Assembly (NCBI GenBank): GCA_016867855.1
Contig: VGIO01000001.1
Location: 1-52,141, forward strand
DNA length: 52,141 nt
Direction of reading: 5' to 3'
Source of the DNA: Calditrichota bacterium
GTDB taxonomy: Bacteria; Electryoneota; AABM5-125-24; Hatepunaeales; Hatepunaeaceae
The notes beneath the pieces are model-generated. The model ran no database searches. It was given only the letters and a program-made list of their open reading frames with translations, and was not told the origin of the DNA. Positions 27,950-37,393 of the stretch are shown here, piece after piece. Within the stretch, counting starts at the first letter, position 1. Every line of letters starts with the position of its first letter. The position numbers and the translations under genes were made by a program.

Positions 27950-28876
27950 ATGCCTTATCTATTATATTTAACTGCGGCTGTCTTCATTATAGGCAGTCTT
28001 TATCGCTTGATACGAATCATCCGGATGCCGGTTCATCTGCGCTGGGAACTCTATCCGGTGCCGCATGAACCGCCATCGAAAGTCCGCTACGGCGGTTCGT
28101 TTATGGAAGAATCAGACTGGTGGCTCAAAGCCAGATCGACGAACAAACTCGGCGCATTGGGAGTGATGCTGCCGGAAATCTTCCTGTTAAAAGTTGTCTG
28201 GGAGCGCAATCGACTTCTGTGGATTTGGTCATTCCTAATGCACTGGGGATTATACTTGTTCACTGCTGCGCTAGGACTTACTTTAGTCGGGAGCCTTATC
28301 GAACTTGCAGGGACACCTGTAGCGTCTGAAGGCGCTGTCGGAATCACGGCTTTATTATTCACTCTGATAAAAATCACCAGTTGGGCGGCCGGAATAACTG
28401 GCGCGGCAGGATGTATAGGAATGCTGCTCTTACGCATTTTCAGCCTAAGAATGCGACCTTTCACTTCTTTCGCCACAATTCTCAACCTCATACTCATCCT
28501 ACTGCTATTTGGGAGCGGATTAATCGCCTACTCTCAAGGTCCTCAAACCTTTAAGTGGCTTTTCGACTTGAGTAAGAGCGCCATATCGTTTAAGGCGGCT
28601 CCGCCTGTGTTTGGCTTCGCGGGAGTCCATTTTATCACTATTGCCATATTCGGTATCTATTTTCCCTTTACACATATGACTCATATGTTCGTCAAATACT
28701 TCACTTATCATCGTGTTCGATGGGATGACAAGCCGATGTCAGCTGGAAGCGTCCGTGAACAGCATATAATAAATTCGCTCAAGCAACCTGTAACCTGGGC
28801 TGCGCCGCATATTCGCGGCGATGGGAAGAAAAACTGGATCGATATTGTGTCTGCCAAAGGAGACGAAGTTGCCTAA
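27950..28876 (+). CDS. DsrM-like NarI/HdrE-family membrane cytochrome b (paralogue)
   Basis: 308 aa, about six TM helices. N-terminus ..YRLIRIIRMPVHLRWELYPVPHE typical of the NarI-gamma family. Coupled to the following HdrD-like gene. Confidence 0.65.
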   Translation: MPYLLYLTAAVFIIGSLYRLIRIIRMPVHLRWELYPVPHEPPSKVRYGGSFMEESDWWLKARSTNKLGALGVMLPEIFLLKVVWERNRLLWIWSFLMHWGLYLFTAALGLTLVGSLIELAGTPVASEGAVGITALLFTLIKITSWAAGITGAAGCIGMLLLRIFSLRMRPFTSFATILNLILILLLFGSGLIAYSQGPQTFKWLFDLSKSAISFKAAPPVFGFAGVHFITIAIFGIYFPFTHMTHMFVKYFTYHRVRWDDKPMSAGSVREQHIINSLKQPVTWAAPHIRGDGKKNWIDIVSAKGDEVA

Positions 28877-30476
28877 ATCACTTAAAGTCTCGGATATCAG
28901 CCATCCGGTCGAACAACTTGCCCAAGTTCGTCCCGATGAATTGATGCCTTTACCGCCGCCTTACGATAAAATCGAAGAGCAGCCCGGATGGAAAGAGATT
29001 AGTCCGGCACAACGTCAAAAATATGAAGCCTCATTAGACGGGGTTGTGGCTGTAGGCGTGCCAATACCCGCCACTGCCGAGGAAGAGGACCGACTCGTTG
29101 AAGGATTTCTATCCGGCCTAAAGAAGTTACTCACAAAGGAGAACAACTGGACTTTTCTACAACAGTTGATGCTCTCAATAGATCATTGCGCAAGATGTCA
29201 GAATTGTATCGAAACGTGTCCTATCTATGTCTCAAGTGGTTACAATGATATTTATCGACCAACTTTTCGCAGCGATCTTTTTAGACGGTTGGTTTCTAAA
29301 TACATAAAACCGGGCGGCAAGTATTTCGGCGAGTTAAAACAAGGCGCGATCGAGTTAAATTGGCGCACTGTCAGCCGATTATTAGAACTTGCTTATCGTT
29401 GCACACTTTGTCGGCGTTGTGCTCATGCCTGTCCTATTGGATTGGGAAATGCGCTAATAACTCATGAACTAAGAAAGTTATTTAGTATGGAATTTGGCTA
29501 CTCGCCAAAAGAGATACATGATAAAGGTTCGATGCTGCAACTCAAAGTGGGTTCATCTACGGGGATGAACAGATTAGCGGTAATGGATAATGTCGAATTT
29601 ATCGATGAAGATATGAGTGATCTTACCGGGCTTAGTGTTAAGAGCGTCTGGGATAAGGAAGGCGCTGATGTTTTATTGATACATAACGCCGGTGAATTTA
29701 TTTCCTGGCCTGAAAATCCTGGAGCATTTGCTTTAATTCTTGAGGCTGCCGGCATCAGTTGGACACTATCAAGTGAACTGGCTGGGTATGATGGTATAAA
29801 TTATGGGCTTTGGTATGACGACGCGCAGTTCGCCCGCGTAGCATTGTTGCACGCACAGGCAGCCAAGAAACTGAAGGTCAAGAAAATCGTAATCGGCGAG
29901 TGTGGTCACGCACATAAAGCCTTAACCGTCATTGCCGATCGCATTCTGACCGGCGACCTAAGCGTCCCTCGCGAGAGCGCGCTTGTCCTGTTACGTGAGA
30001 TTGTAATGTCCGGCAAACTCAAGTTGGACCCATCGCGCAATGACTTTCCGATAACACTCCACGATCCGTGTAATATGGTGCGTCTGATGGGCATCGTCGA
30101 ACCACAGCGGGAAATACTCCGTAAGATTGCCCCTAAATTCCGCGAGATGGAGCCACACGGGGTGTATAATTACTGCTGCGGCGGCGGTTCCGGCTTTGCC
30201 ATTATGTCGCCCTTCAACTTCCAGGACTGGCGGCTCTCAGTGTCCGGTCGAATGAAACTGAAGCAAATTGTCGAAGCCTTCGCCGATTGCCCAGGCCCAG
30301 AAACGCCCAAGTATCTTTGCGCACCCTGCTCCAATTGTAAGGGTCAAATCCGCGATCTATTCCGTTATTACGGCGTCTGGGAAAAGCAGCGCATCCTTTA
30401 CGGCGGACTGGTCGAACTCATCGTCAACGCGATGGTGGACATAAAAGAACCTTTTATCAAATGGGAATTTCATTGA
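28821..30476 (+). CDS. DsrK-like HdrD-family FeS protein with CCG domains (paralogue)
   Basis: CARCQNCIETCP, CTLCRRCAHACP, CCG motifs HDPCNMV and YCCGGGSG. The more likely start is TTG 28869, 6 nt after AAGGAG, giving an 8-nt overlap with the upstream stop. Confidence 0.7.
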   Translation: MGRKTGSILCLPKETKLPKSLKVSDISHPVEQLAQVRPDELMPLPPPYDKIEEQPGWKEISPAQRQKYEASLDGVVAVGVPIPATAEEEDRLVEGFLSGLKKLLTKENNWTFLQQLMLSIDHCARCQNCIETCPIYVSSGYNDIYRPTFRSDLFRRLVSKYIKPGGKYFGELKQGAIELNWRTVSRLLELAYRCTLCRRCAHACPIGLGNALITHELRKLFSMEFGYSPKEIHDKGSMLQLKVGSSTGMNRLAVMDNVEFIDEDMSDLTGLSVKSVWDKEGADVLLIHNAGEFISWPENPGAFALILEAAGISWTLSSELAGYDGINYGLWYDDAQFARVALLHAQAAKKLKVKKIVIGECGHAHKALTVIADRILTGDLSVPRESALVLLREIVMSGKLKLDPSRNDFPITLHDPCNMVRLMGIVEPQREILRKIAPKFREMEPHGVYNYCCGGGSGFAIMSPFNFQDWRLSVSGRMKLKQIVEAFADCPGPETPKYLCAPCSNCKGQIRDLFRYYGVWEKQRILYGGLVELIVNAMVDIKEPFIKWEFH

Positions 30477-30520
30477 AATGCAAAGTGTGGAATACAGAGT
30501 GTAAAGTAAAGGGGTAAAAA

Positions 30521-31036
30521 ATGAGAAACGCTGAATTGAACGCGGTTAAGGCGGCGATTTTGGAGCGCTGGCGCGAGGCGATTATAGCCACCTATCCGGT
30601 CGAGGCTCGCAGGTATCTGCAAGACAATCGCAGCCGGTTCAGCAACCCCATCGGGCTGGCGGTCGAACAAGCCAGCGCCGAAGTGTTGGACTACATTTTC
30701 GCCGCGGACGGCGCGGCGCTGAATTGCGAAGCGTTAATCGACCTCATCCGCATCCGCGGCGTGCAGGATTGGACAGCGTCGCAAGCGGTCGGCTTCATCG
30801 ACGAACTGCGCGACATTATCCACCGCCACTTATGGTCGCCTGTTTATATGCAAGGTCGGACGGAAGTCTATTTTCGCTGGCTGCGGCGCCTCGATGCCGT
30901 TGAACTGGCAGCGTTTGACATCTATGTCGCGCAGCGCGAGAAACTTGCCGATATTCGCGTCGACGAATTCCGGCGCCGCTATGCTAAAATTATTGAGAGA
31001 AGTGGAAAGTTTGAAAGTGAGAGAGTAAGAAAGTGA
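30521..31036 (+). CDS. RsbRD-N-terminal-domain-like protein in the DsrT position
   Basis: 171 aa directly upstream of dsrM. Pattern ..ILERWREAIIATYP..FSNPIG..IRIRGVQDW.ASQAVGF.. The last about 11 codons are read from an 8-bp repeat block. Confidence 0.5.
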   Translation: MRNAELNAVKAAILERWREAIIATYPVEARRYLQDNRSRFSNPIGLAVEQASAEVLDYIFAADGAALNCEALIDLIRIRGVQDWTASQAVGFIDELRDIIHRHLWSPVYMQGRTEVYFRWLRRLDAVELAAFDIYVAQREKLADIRVDEFRRRYAKIIERSGKFESERVRK

Positions 31037-31106
31037 GAATGAAACAGAGTTCACTATGTCCATATTGTCCAACAATCCTTGATTTTATAATCTCGGAGAT
31101 AACCTT

Positions 31107-32099
31107 ATGAGAATTTTGTTCTCTCTGGCGGCGGTTTTAGCGCTCCTATTAGTGGCTTATGTCGGAGTTGCAGCGGCCGGGGGGAGTTACTTTTTCCTGG
31201 TCGTATTTCCCTATTTAGCGCTGGCTGCCTTTTTCATAGGGATAATTTATCGCATTCTGAAGTGGGCTGGGGCGCCAGTGCCGTTTCATATCCCGACTAC
31301 TTGCGGGCAGCAGAAATCGCTGGGCTGGATTAAACCCGCCAAATTGGAAGCGCCATCTACGACCTGGCAGGTTATTGGTCGGATGGCTTTGGAAATCCTG
31401 CTGTTTCGTTCGCTGTTCCGCAACACCAAGGCAGAACGCGTGCCGGGCGAAAAGGTCGTCTATGGCTCCTGCAAATGGCTCTGGGCTGCCGGGCTGGCAT
31501 TCCACTGGTCCTTTCTTATCGTCTTTATCCGCCATCTGCGGCTGTTTCTCGAGCCGATTCCGCAAGCCATGATTTGGCTGGAGAACCTCGATGGCTTCTT
31601 TCAGGTCAGCGTGCCGGGCGTGCTGATTACGGATATAATACTGCTGTCGGCCATTACTTTCCTATTTCTGCGGAGGATCTTTAGCCGGCAGATACGATAC
31701 ATTTCGCTAGCGGCGGATTATTTCCCCCTGTTCTTAATCTTCGGCATCGCCGCCACCGGCGTCCTGATGCGGCACTTCTTCAAGGTTGACCTTAAAGCCG
31801 TCAAGCAATTCGCCATCGGGCTGGTATCGTTCAGCCCGTTGCAGCCGGAAGGACTAGGTATAATTTTCTATCTGCATATATTTTTAGTGTTCGTCTTAAT
31901 CGCCTATTTTCCGTTCAGCAAACTGATGCATATAGGCGGTATTTTCTTAAGTCCGACGCGCAATCTGGCTAACAACAGCCGCGCTGTGCGGCATATAAAT
32001 CTGTGGAATCCCAAAGTCAAAATGCACTCTTATCAGGAATGGGAAGATGAATTCCACGATTTAATCATCGGCGCCGGTCTGCCTTTGGATAAGGAGTAA
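31107..32099 (+). CDS. dsrM: DsrM, membrane dihaem cytochrome b of the DsrMKJOP complex
   Basis: 330 aa NarI-like membrane protein. GGAG RBS. First gene of a tightly coupled M-K-J-O-P series. Confidence 0.85.
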   Translation: MRILFSLAAVLALLLVAYVGVAAAGGSYFFLVVFPYLALAAFFIGIIYRILKWAGAPVPFHIPTTCGQQKSLGWIKPAKLEAPSTTWQVIGRMALEILLFRSLFRNTKAERVPGEKVVYGSCKWLWAAGLAFHWSFLIVFIRHLRLFLEPIPQAMIWLENLDGFFQVSVPGVLITDIILLSAITFLFLRRIFSRQIRYISLAADYFPLFLIFGIAATGVLMRHFFKVDLKAVKQFAIGLVSFSPLQPEGLGIIFYLHIFLVFVLIAYFPFSKLMHIGGIFLSPTRNLANNSRAVRHINLWNPKVKMHSYQEWEDEFHDLIIGAGLPLDKE

Positions 32100-32101
32100 G
32101 G

Positions 32102-33718
32102 ATGGCGGAAAAACTACCCAAACCATCGGAGATGGCGCAGGTCGAATTTAAGCCGCAGCCACAGGGCTGGATGGATCCGAAGGTTCAATTCCACAAAGGC
32201 ACCTTCAACTACGGCTTCAATCCGCGCAGCGCCGAGTATCTCGACCTTCCCAATCCACGCAAGTGGAATCCAACCGCGGAAGACTGGCATCTGCCGCCGA
32301 ATTGGAAGGAGATTATACTCGATGGGCTGCGCGATCGGCTGCAACGTTTTCGCAGCCTGCAGGTCTTTATGGACATTTGCGTGCGCTGCGGCGCCTGCGC
32401 TGACAAGTGCCACTACTTCATCGGCTCCGGCGACCCGAAGAATATGCCGGTGTTGCGCGCTGAACTTCTACGCTCGGTCTATCGCAAGGATTTCACTACC
32501 GCCGGAAAACTGATGGGCAAAATGGCTGGCGCCCGCGAGTTGACCGTCGATGTGCTGAAAGAGTGGTTCTATTATTTTCACCAATGCACTGAATGCCGGC
32601 GCTGCTCGGTCTTTTGTCCTTACGGCATAGACACAGCGGAAATCACCATCATCGCCCGTGAACTGTTGAATTTGGTCGGCTTGGGCATCGACTGGATTGT
32701 AACCCCAGCCGCGAACTGCTTCCGCACCGGCAACCACCTCGGCATCCAGCCGCACGGCTTCAAAGACTCGGTGGAATTCGCCGTCGATGATTTGGAAGAA
32801 ATCACCGGCGTGCGGGTTGAGCCGTCGATCAACCGCAAAGGCGCCGAAGCGCTGTTCGTTATGCCTTCCGCCGACTACTTCGGCGATCCCCATTACTTCG
32901 GATTTTTAGGCTATTTGGCTCTGTTGCACGAAGTCGGACTGGATTACACCTTCAGCGCTTTCGCGTCCGAAGGCGGCAACTTCGGTCTGTTTCACTCCAA
33001 CGAGATGATGAAGCGGTTGAATGCCAAAATCTACGAAGAAGCCAAACGGCTGAAGGTTAAATGGATTTTAGGCGGTGAATGCGGGCATATGTGGCGCGTG
33101 CTGCATCAATATATGGACACGATGAATGGTCCGGCGGATTTTCTCGAAGTTCCCCGCTCACCGATAACCGGCACGGTCTTCGATAACGCCCGCTCGACCA
33201 AGATGGTGCATATCTGCGAGTTCACCGCTGATTTGCTTTATCATAACAAACTTAAAATCGACCCATCGCGCAACGACGATTTCCGTGTAACCTTCCACGA
33301 CTCGTGCAACACGGCGCGGGCGATGGGCATTTTAGAGGAACCGCGATATATCATCAACAAAGTTTGCAACTATTTTTACGAGATGCCGGAGAACACTATT
33401 CGCGAGCAGACATTTTGCTGCGGCAGCGGGTCGGGTTTAGGCACGGATGAGAATCTGGAGATGCGCCTTCGGGGCGGCTTGCCGCGCGGCAGCGCGGTGA
33501 AGTTTGTGCGCGAGAAGCATAATGTGAACACTCTCGCTTGTATCTGCGCCATCGACAAAGCCACCCTGCCGGCTGTGATGGACTACTGGGCGCCGGGCGT
33601 GCAGGTCTGCGGCGTGCACGAATTGGTCGGCAACGCCCTGATTATGCGAGGCGAAAAGGCGCGCGCGACCAACCTGCGCGGCGAACCTTTGCCGGGAAAG
33701 GAGCAGACGGATGAATGA
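32102..33718 (+). CDS. dsrK: DsrK, HdrD-like catalytic FeS subunit
   Basis: 538 aa. CVRCGACADKC, CTECRRCSVFCP, CCG motifs FHDSCNT and FCCGSGSG. Confidence 0.9.
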   Translation: MAEKLPKPSEMAQVEFKPQPQGWMDPKVQFHKGTFNYGFNPRSAEYLDLPNPRKWNPTAEDWHLPPNWKEIILDGLRDRLQRFRSLQVFMDICVRCGACADKCHYFIGSGDPKNMPVLRAELLRSVYRKDFTTAGKLMGKMAGARELTVDVLKEWFYYFHQCTECRRCSVFCPYGIDTAEITIIARELLNLVGLGIDWIVTPAANCFRTGNHLGIQPHGFKDSVEFAVDDLEEITGVRVEPSINRKGAEALFVMPSADYFGDPHYFGFLGYLALLHEVGLDYTFSAFASEGGNFGLFHSNEMMKRLNAKIYEEAKRLKVKWILGGECGHMWRVLHQYMDTMNGPADFLEVPRSPITGTVFDNARSTKMVHICEFTADLLYHNKLKIDPSRNDDFRVTFHDSCNTARAMGILEEPRYIINKVCNYFYEMPENTIREQTFCCGSGSGLGTDENLEMRLRGGLPRGSAVKFVREKHNVNTLACICAIDKATLPAVMDYWAPGVQVCGVHELVGNALIMRGEKARATNLRGEPLPGKEQTDE

Positions 33719-34106
33719 CCGCGGGAAAATTGTCGCCGGTCTGATTATCTTCCTTGTTTTGATTACCACGCCGATTTGGATGAACCTCGTCGCTGAAGGC
33801 GACGCTGAAGGACCAGAAATCGAAATCCTCACCAAAGATGTTCCGGGACAGGATAAATGCGTCAAATCCAAGACCGAAATGGCCGCGCAGCATATGGACT
33901 TGCTGAACACCTGGCGAGACGAGGTCGTGCGGTCTAAGGCGCGGGTTTATCAAACCGCCGACGGACGCTATTATGCGAAAAGCCTGACGCATACCTGTCT
34001 GAAATGCCATTCCAACAAGGACAAGTTCTGCGACCGCTGCCATATTTATGTCGGCGTTAACCCTTATTGTTGGGATTGTCATAACGAGCCGAAGGAGTTT
34101 AAATGA
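33711..34106 (+). CDS. dsrJ: DsrJ, periplasmic trihaem cytochrome c
   Basis: 131 aa. N-terminal anchor and three CxxCH sites (CLKCH, CDRCH, CWDCH). Confidence 0.9.
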   Translation: MNDRGKIVAGLIIFLVLITTPIWMNLVAEGDAEGPEIEILTKDVPGQDKCVKSKTEMAAQHMDLLNTWRDEVVRSKARVYQTADGRYYAKSLTHTCLKCHSNKDKFCDRCHIYVGVNPYCWDCHNEPKEFK

Positions 34107-34870
34107 GCGATTTTACCAGACGGGATTTCGTTAAAGCCGCCAGCGTATCGCTCACGATTTTGGCTCTCAAGCCGGCAGCTAATTTGCTGGCTTTGGAGAG
34201 TCTGCCGGAGTTGTCGCCGCTGATGGCAAAACGCTGGGCGTTAGCCATCGACCTGCGCAAGTGTCTGGAAGAAAAGAACTGCGTCAAGTGCATCGAGATG
34301 TGCCATTTTGTTCACAATGTCCCGCATTTCGCCAAACCTAAGGATGAAGTGAAATGGATTTGGAAGGAGTCGTTTGAGGCGGCATTTGCCGAGCAGGACC
34401 ATCCATTTTTAAGCGCGGATGTCAAGGTCAGCCATCCGTTAGTGATGTGCAATCATTGCGCCAATCCGCCATGTGTTAAGGTTTGTCCGACGCAGGCGAC
34501 TTGGAAGCGCGAGCCGGACGGCGTGGTGATGATGGATTGGCATCGCTGCATCGGCTGCCGCTACTGCATTGCAGCGTGTCCGTACGGTTCGCGCAGTTTC
34601 AATTGGCGCGATCCAAAGCCGTTCATCAAGAAACTGCAGCCGGACTTTCCTTCGCGGATGCGCGGCGTGGTCGAGAAATGCAATTTCTGCGAGGAGCGGC
34701 TGGCTAAAGGGCAGTTGCCGGCATGCGTGGAAGCCTGCGAAGCCAAAGCGATGGTCTTTGGGGATATCGAAGACGCCGACAGCGACATCCGCTGCCTGCT
34801 GCAGACGCGTTTCTCGCTGCGGCGCAAGCCGTCGCTCGGCACACAACCCTATATCTACTACCTGGTGTGA
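34103..34870 (+). CDS. dsrO: DsrO, periplasmic FeS ferredoxin-like subunit (Tat signal)
   Basis: 255 aa. Twin-arginine signal RRDFVKAAS; CNHCANPPCVKVCP, CIGCRYCIAACP, CNFCEERL. Confidence 0.9.
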   Translation: MSDFTRRDFVKAASVSLTILALKPAANLLALESLPELSPLMAKRWALAIDLRKCLEEKNCVKCIEMCHFVHNVPHFAKPKDEVKWIWKESFEAAFAEQDHPFLSADVKVSHPLVMCNHCANPPCVKVCPTQATWKREPDGVVMMDWHRCIGCRYCIAACPYGSRSFNWRDPKPFIKKLQPDFPSRMRGVVEKCNFCEERLAKGQLPACVEACEAKAMVFGDIEDADSDIRCLLQTRFSLRRKPSLGTQPYIYYLV

Positions 34871-34877
34871 GGTGTAA

Positions 34878-36035
34878 ATGATTGAAAAAGCCTTACAAGG
34901 CGATAGACGTTATTGGACCTGGCTGCTCATTTTAGGGGCGGTCATCGCAGCCGGAACCGGCTTTTATCTCAAGCAGTTTCACACCGGCTTGACCATCACC
35001 GGGCTAAGCCGCGATGTATCATGGGGATTTTACATCGCCCAGTTCACCTTTCTGGTCGGCGTGGCCGCCTCGGCGGTGATGCTCGTGCTGCCTTACTATC
35101 TGCATAATTACAAAGCCTTCGGCAAAATCACCATCCTCGGCGAGTTCGTCGCCATCGCTGCGGTCATTATGTGCGTAACATTCATATTTGTCGATTTGGG
35201 TCAGCCTTTCCGGATGTTGAATATATTTCTGCATCCTTCGCCGAGTTCGCTGATGTTTTGGGATACGATTGCGCTGGGAGGTTATATGTGTTTGAATGTG
35301 CTTATCAGTTATATAACTTTAAAAGCCGAGAGTAAAACGCTGCCGCCGCCGAAATGGATTAAGCCGATAATTCTAATTTCTATTCCGTGGGCGATTAGCA
35401 TCCACACTGTTACGGCGTTTTTATATTCGGGTTTAGTTGCCCGGCCGTTCTGGATGACGGCGGTGCTGGCGCCGCGCTTTTTAGCCTCGGCGTTTGCCTC
35501 CGGTCCATCGCTGCTGATACTGCTCTGTTTGATTCTTAAACGTTTCGCCAGTTTCGATGTCGGCCGGGAGGCTTTGAGAAAATTGGCTGAAATTGTAACC
35601 TATGCGATGACGGTGAATGTGTTTTTCATCCTGATGGAGTTCTTCACGACCTTCTACAGCGGCATACCGGAACACGCCGAACATTTCGACTATCTCATCC
35701 ACGGGCTGGAGGGCAAGCATGGCTTGACGCTGTGGATGTGGATTTCGTGGATTATAGCGGCGGCGACCTTAGTGCTGCTCATTAATCCCGGCACCCGGCG
35801 CAGCGAGAAAATCCTGCCTTGGACGGCGCTGCTGGTCGTCGTTTCGATATGGATAGATAAGGGGATGGGGATGGTCGTAACCGGCTTTGTGCCGACGCCG
35901 CTGGGGCATATAACCGAGTATTTTCCGACTCTGCCGGAATTGATGATTTCACTGGCGATATACGGAATGGGGATGTTTATTGTGACGATATTTTACAAAG
36001 TGGCTCTTTCGGTGCGAAGCGCAGTCGCGAGATAA
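34878..36035 (+). CDS. dsrP: DsrP, NrfD/PsrC-family integral membrane subunit
   Basis: 385 aa, about ten TM helices, last gene of the dsrMKJOP series. Confidence 0.85.
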   Translation: MIEKALQGDRRYWTWLLILGAVIAAGTGFYLKQFHTGLTITGLSRDVSWGFYIAQFTFLVGVAASAVMLVLPYYLHNYKAFGKITILGEFVAIAAVIMCVTFIFVDLGQPFRMLNIFLHPSPSSLMFWDTIALGGYMCLNVLISYITLKAESKTLPPPKWIKPIILISIPWAISIHTVTAFLYSGLVARPFWMTAVLAPRFLASAFASGPSLLILLCLILKRFASFDVGREALRKLAEIVTYAMTVNVFFILMEFFTTFYSGIPEHAEHFDYLIHGLEGKHGLTLWMWISWIIAAATLVLLINPGTRRSEKILPWTALLVVVSIWIDKGMGMVVTGFVPTPLGHITEYFPTLPELMISLAIYGMGMFIVTIFYKVALSVRSAVAR

Positions 36036-36195
36036 TGATAAAGGTTTTATATTTAAAGTATGCAGAAAAAGTTATTTTACGGATTGGCGCGCGCTGTAAT
36101 TCAGGCCGGGAGCGCGGCAGGCAAGGATGTCCGCCTGGCGGTTTCTTGGGAGATTTCTCTTTCAGCAGACTCTATGATGCGGGGAATTTGAAATT

Positions 36196-37392
36196 ATGCA
36201 TATCATCTGCTGCGGTATAAGCCACCGAACGGCGCTGCTGGAGATGCGCGAGCATTTCCAACTCACGCCGCAGGAACTGACCGAGGCGACGAGCGCTTAC
36301 AAAGCGCTGACCGGCGCCGTGGAAGCCGTGCTGGTGGTCTCTTGCAACCGGATGGAATTCTACTCGGTAACGGACAAGAAGTATGATCCGCGGCTGAAAC
36401 TGGTCGAATTTTATCGAGCGCGCGGCATAGGGATGCCACCCGAATATGCCGAACTCTTTTTTGTGCGACACGGCGCGAGCGCGGCGCGGCACCTGTTTAA
36501 AGTGGCTTGCGGTTTAGATTCGTTAGTAATGGGTGAGAGCCAGATTCTCGGGCAGGTTAAGGACGCTTACAGCGCGGCTTGCGCCTGCGGAGGCCCGGGA
36601 CATCTGTTGCATAAACTGTTTCATAAAGCCTATTACACCGCCAAGAAAGTCCGCACCGAGACCACAATCAGCGAGGGCGTAACCGGCCTGGCCGGCGCGT
36701 CGGTCGATGTCGCGCGCAAGAAACTCGAAGTCTGCAATTCCTGCTGTAATGTCCTGCTCATCGGCGTCAACTCATCTACGGAAATTATCCTCTCGCGCCT
36801 GTCGCGCTTTGCGGATAGTTTTACCGTTGTTAATCGAACCTTGTCCAAGGCTGAACGTTTAGTGAGGTCTTATGGCGGGCGCGCTTTTAATCTGGATAAA
36901 CTACCGGAGTTGCTGGCTGAAACCGATGTGTTGTTCAGCGCGACCTCTTCGCGCGGTTATATTTTGACACCCGATATGCTGTCGTCGCGCTCGACGCGCC
37001 CCCTGCTGGCATTCGACTTGGCGGTGCCGCGCGACCTGCACCCGGGTGTGGCGAGCGTTCCAGGCGTTACATTAATCGATTTAGACGACCTCAAGCATTA
37101 TTTGGCGATGGTGTCGCGGCAGCGGGCGTCGGAAGTGCAATATGCTTTGCAGATAGTTGAGGAGCAGGTTGCCGAGTTCGAACAGTGGCGGCTGGCAGCG
37201 TCGCGAACGGATTCGGCGCTGCGGTTGTTGGTCGAACAGGACCGGCAGGCGTTTGTGGAGAAGTTCCACGCCAGTTTTGCGCCTAAAGAGCATAAGGCGC
37301 TGGAAGCCTTTTCGCGTCAAATCTGCCGCGCCGTGCTGCGGCGCTGCGCAGCCAAACCGCAGCTGGCGGCAAATGGAAATGAAGAACAATAG
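36196..37392 (+). CDS. hemA: Glutamyl-tRNA reductase
   Basis: 398 aa. MHIICCGISHRTA.., active-site SCNRMEFY, GLDSLVMGESQILGQVK. Confidence 0.9.
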   Translation: MHIICCGISHRTALLEMREHFQLTPQELTEATSAYKALTGAVEAVLVVSCNRMEFYSVTDKKYDPRLKLVEFYRARGIGMPPEYAELFFVRHGASAARHLFKVACGLDSLVMGESQILGQVKDAYSAACACGGPGHLLHKLFHKAYYTAKKVRTETTISEGVTGLAGASVDVARKKLEVCNSCCNVLLIGVNSSTEIILSRLSRFADSFTVVNRTLSKAERLVRSYGGRAFNLDKLPELLAETDVLFSATSSRGYILTPDMLSSRSTRPLLAFDLAVPRDLHPGVASVPGVTLIDLDDLKHYLAMVSRQRASEVQYALQIVEEQVAEFEQWRLAASRTDSALRLLVEQDRQAFVEKFHASFAPKEHKALEAFSRQICRAVLRRCAAKPQLAANGNEEQ

Positions 37393-37393
37393 A

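Noticed and set aside
36035-36220. 61-aa ORF between dsrP and hemA
   Set aside because: No RBS, Arg/Gly-rich composition, and it overlaps the hemA start. It is probably non-coding leader DNA.
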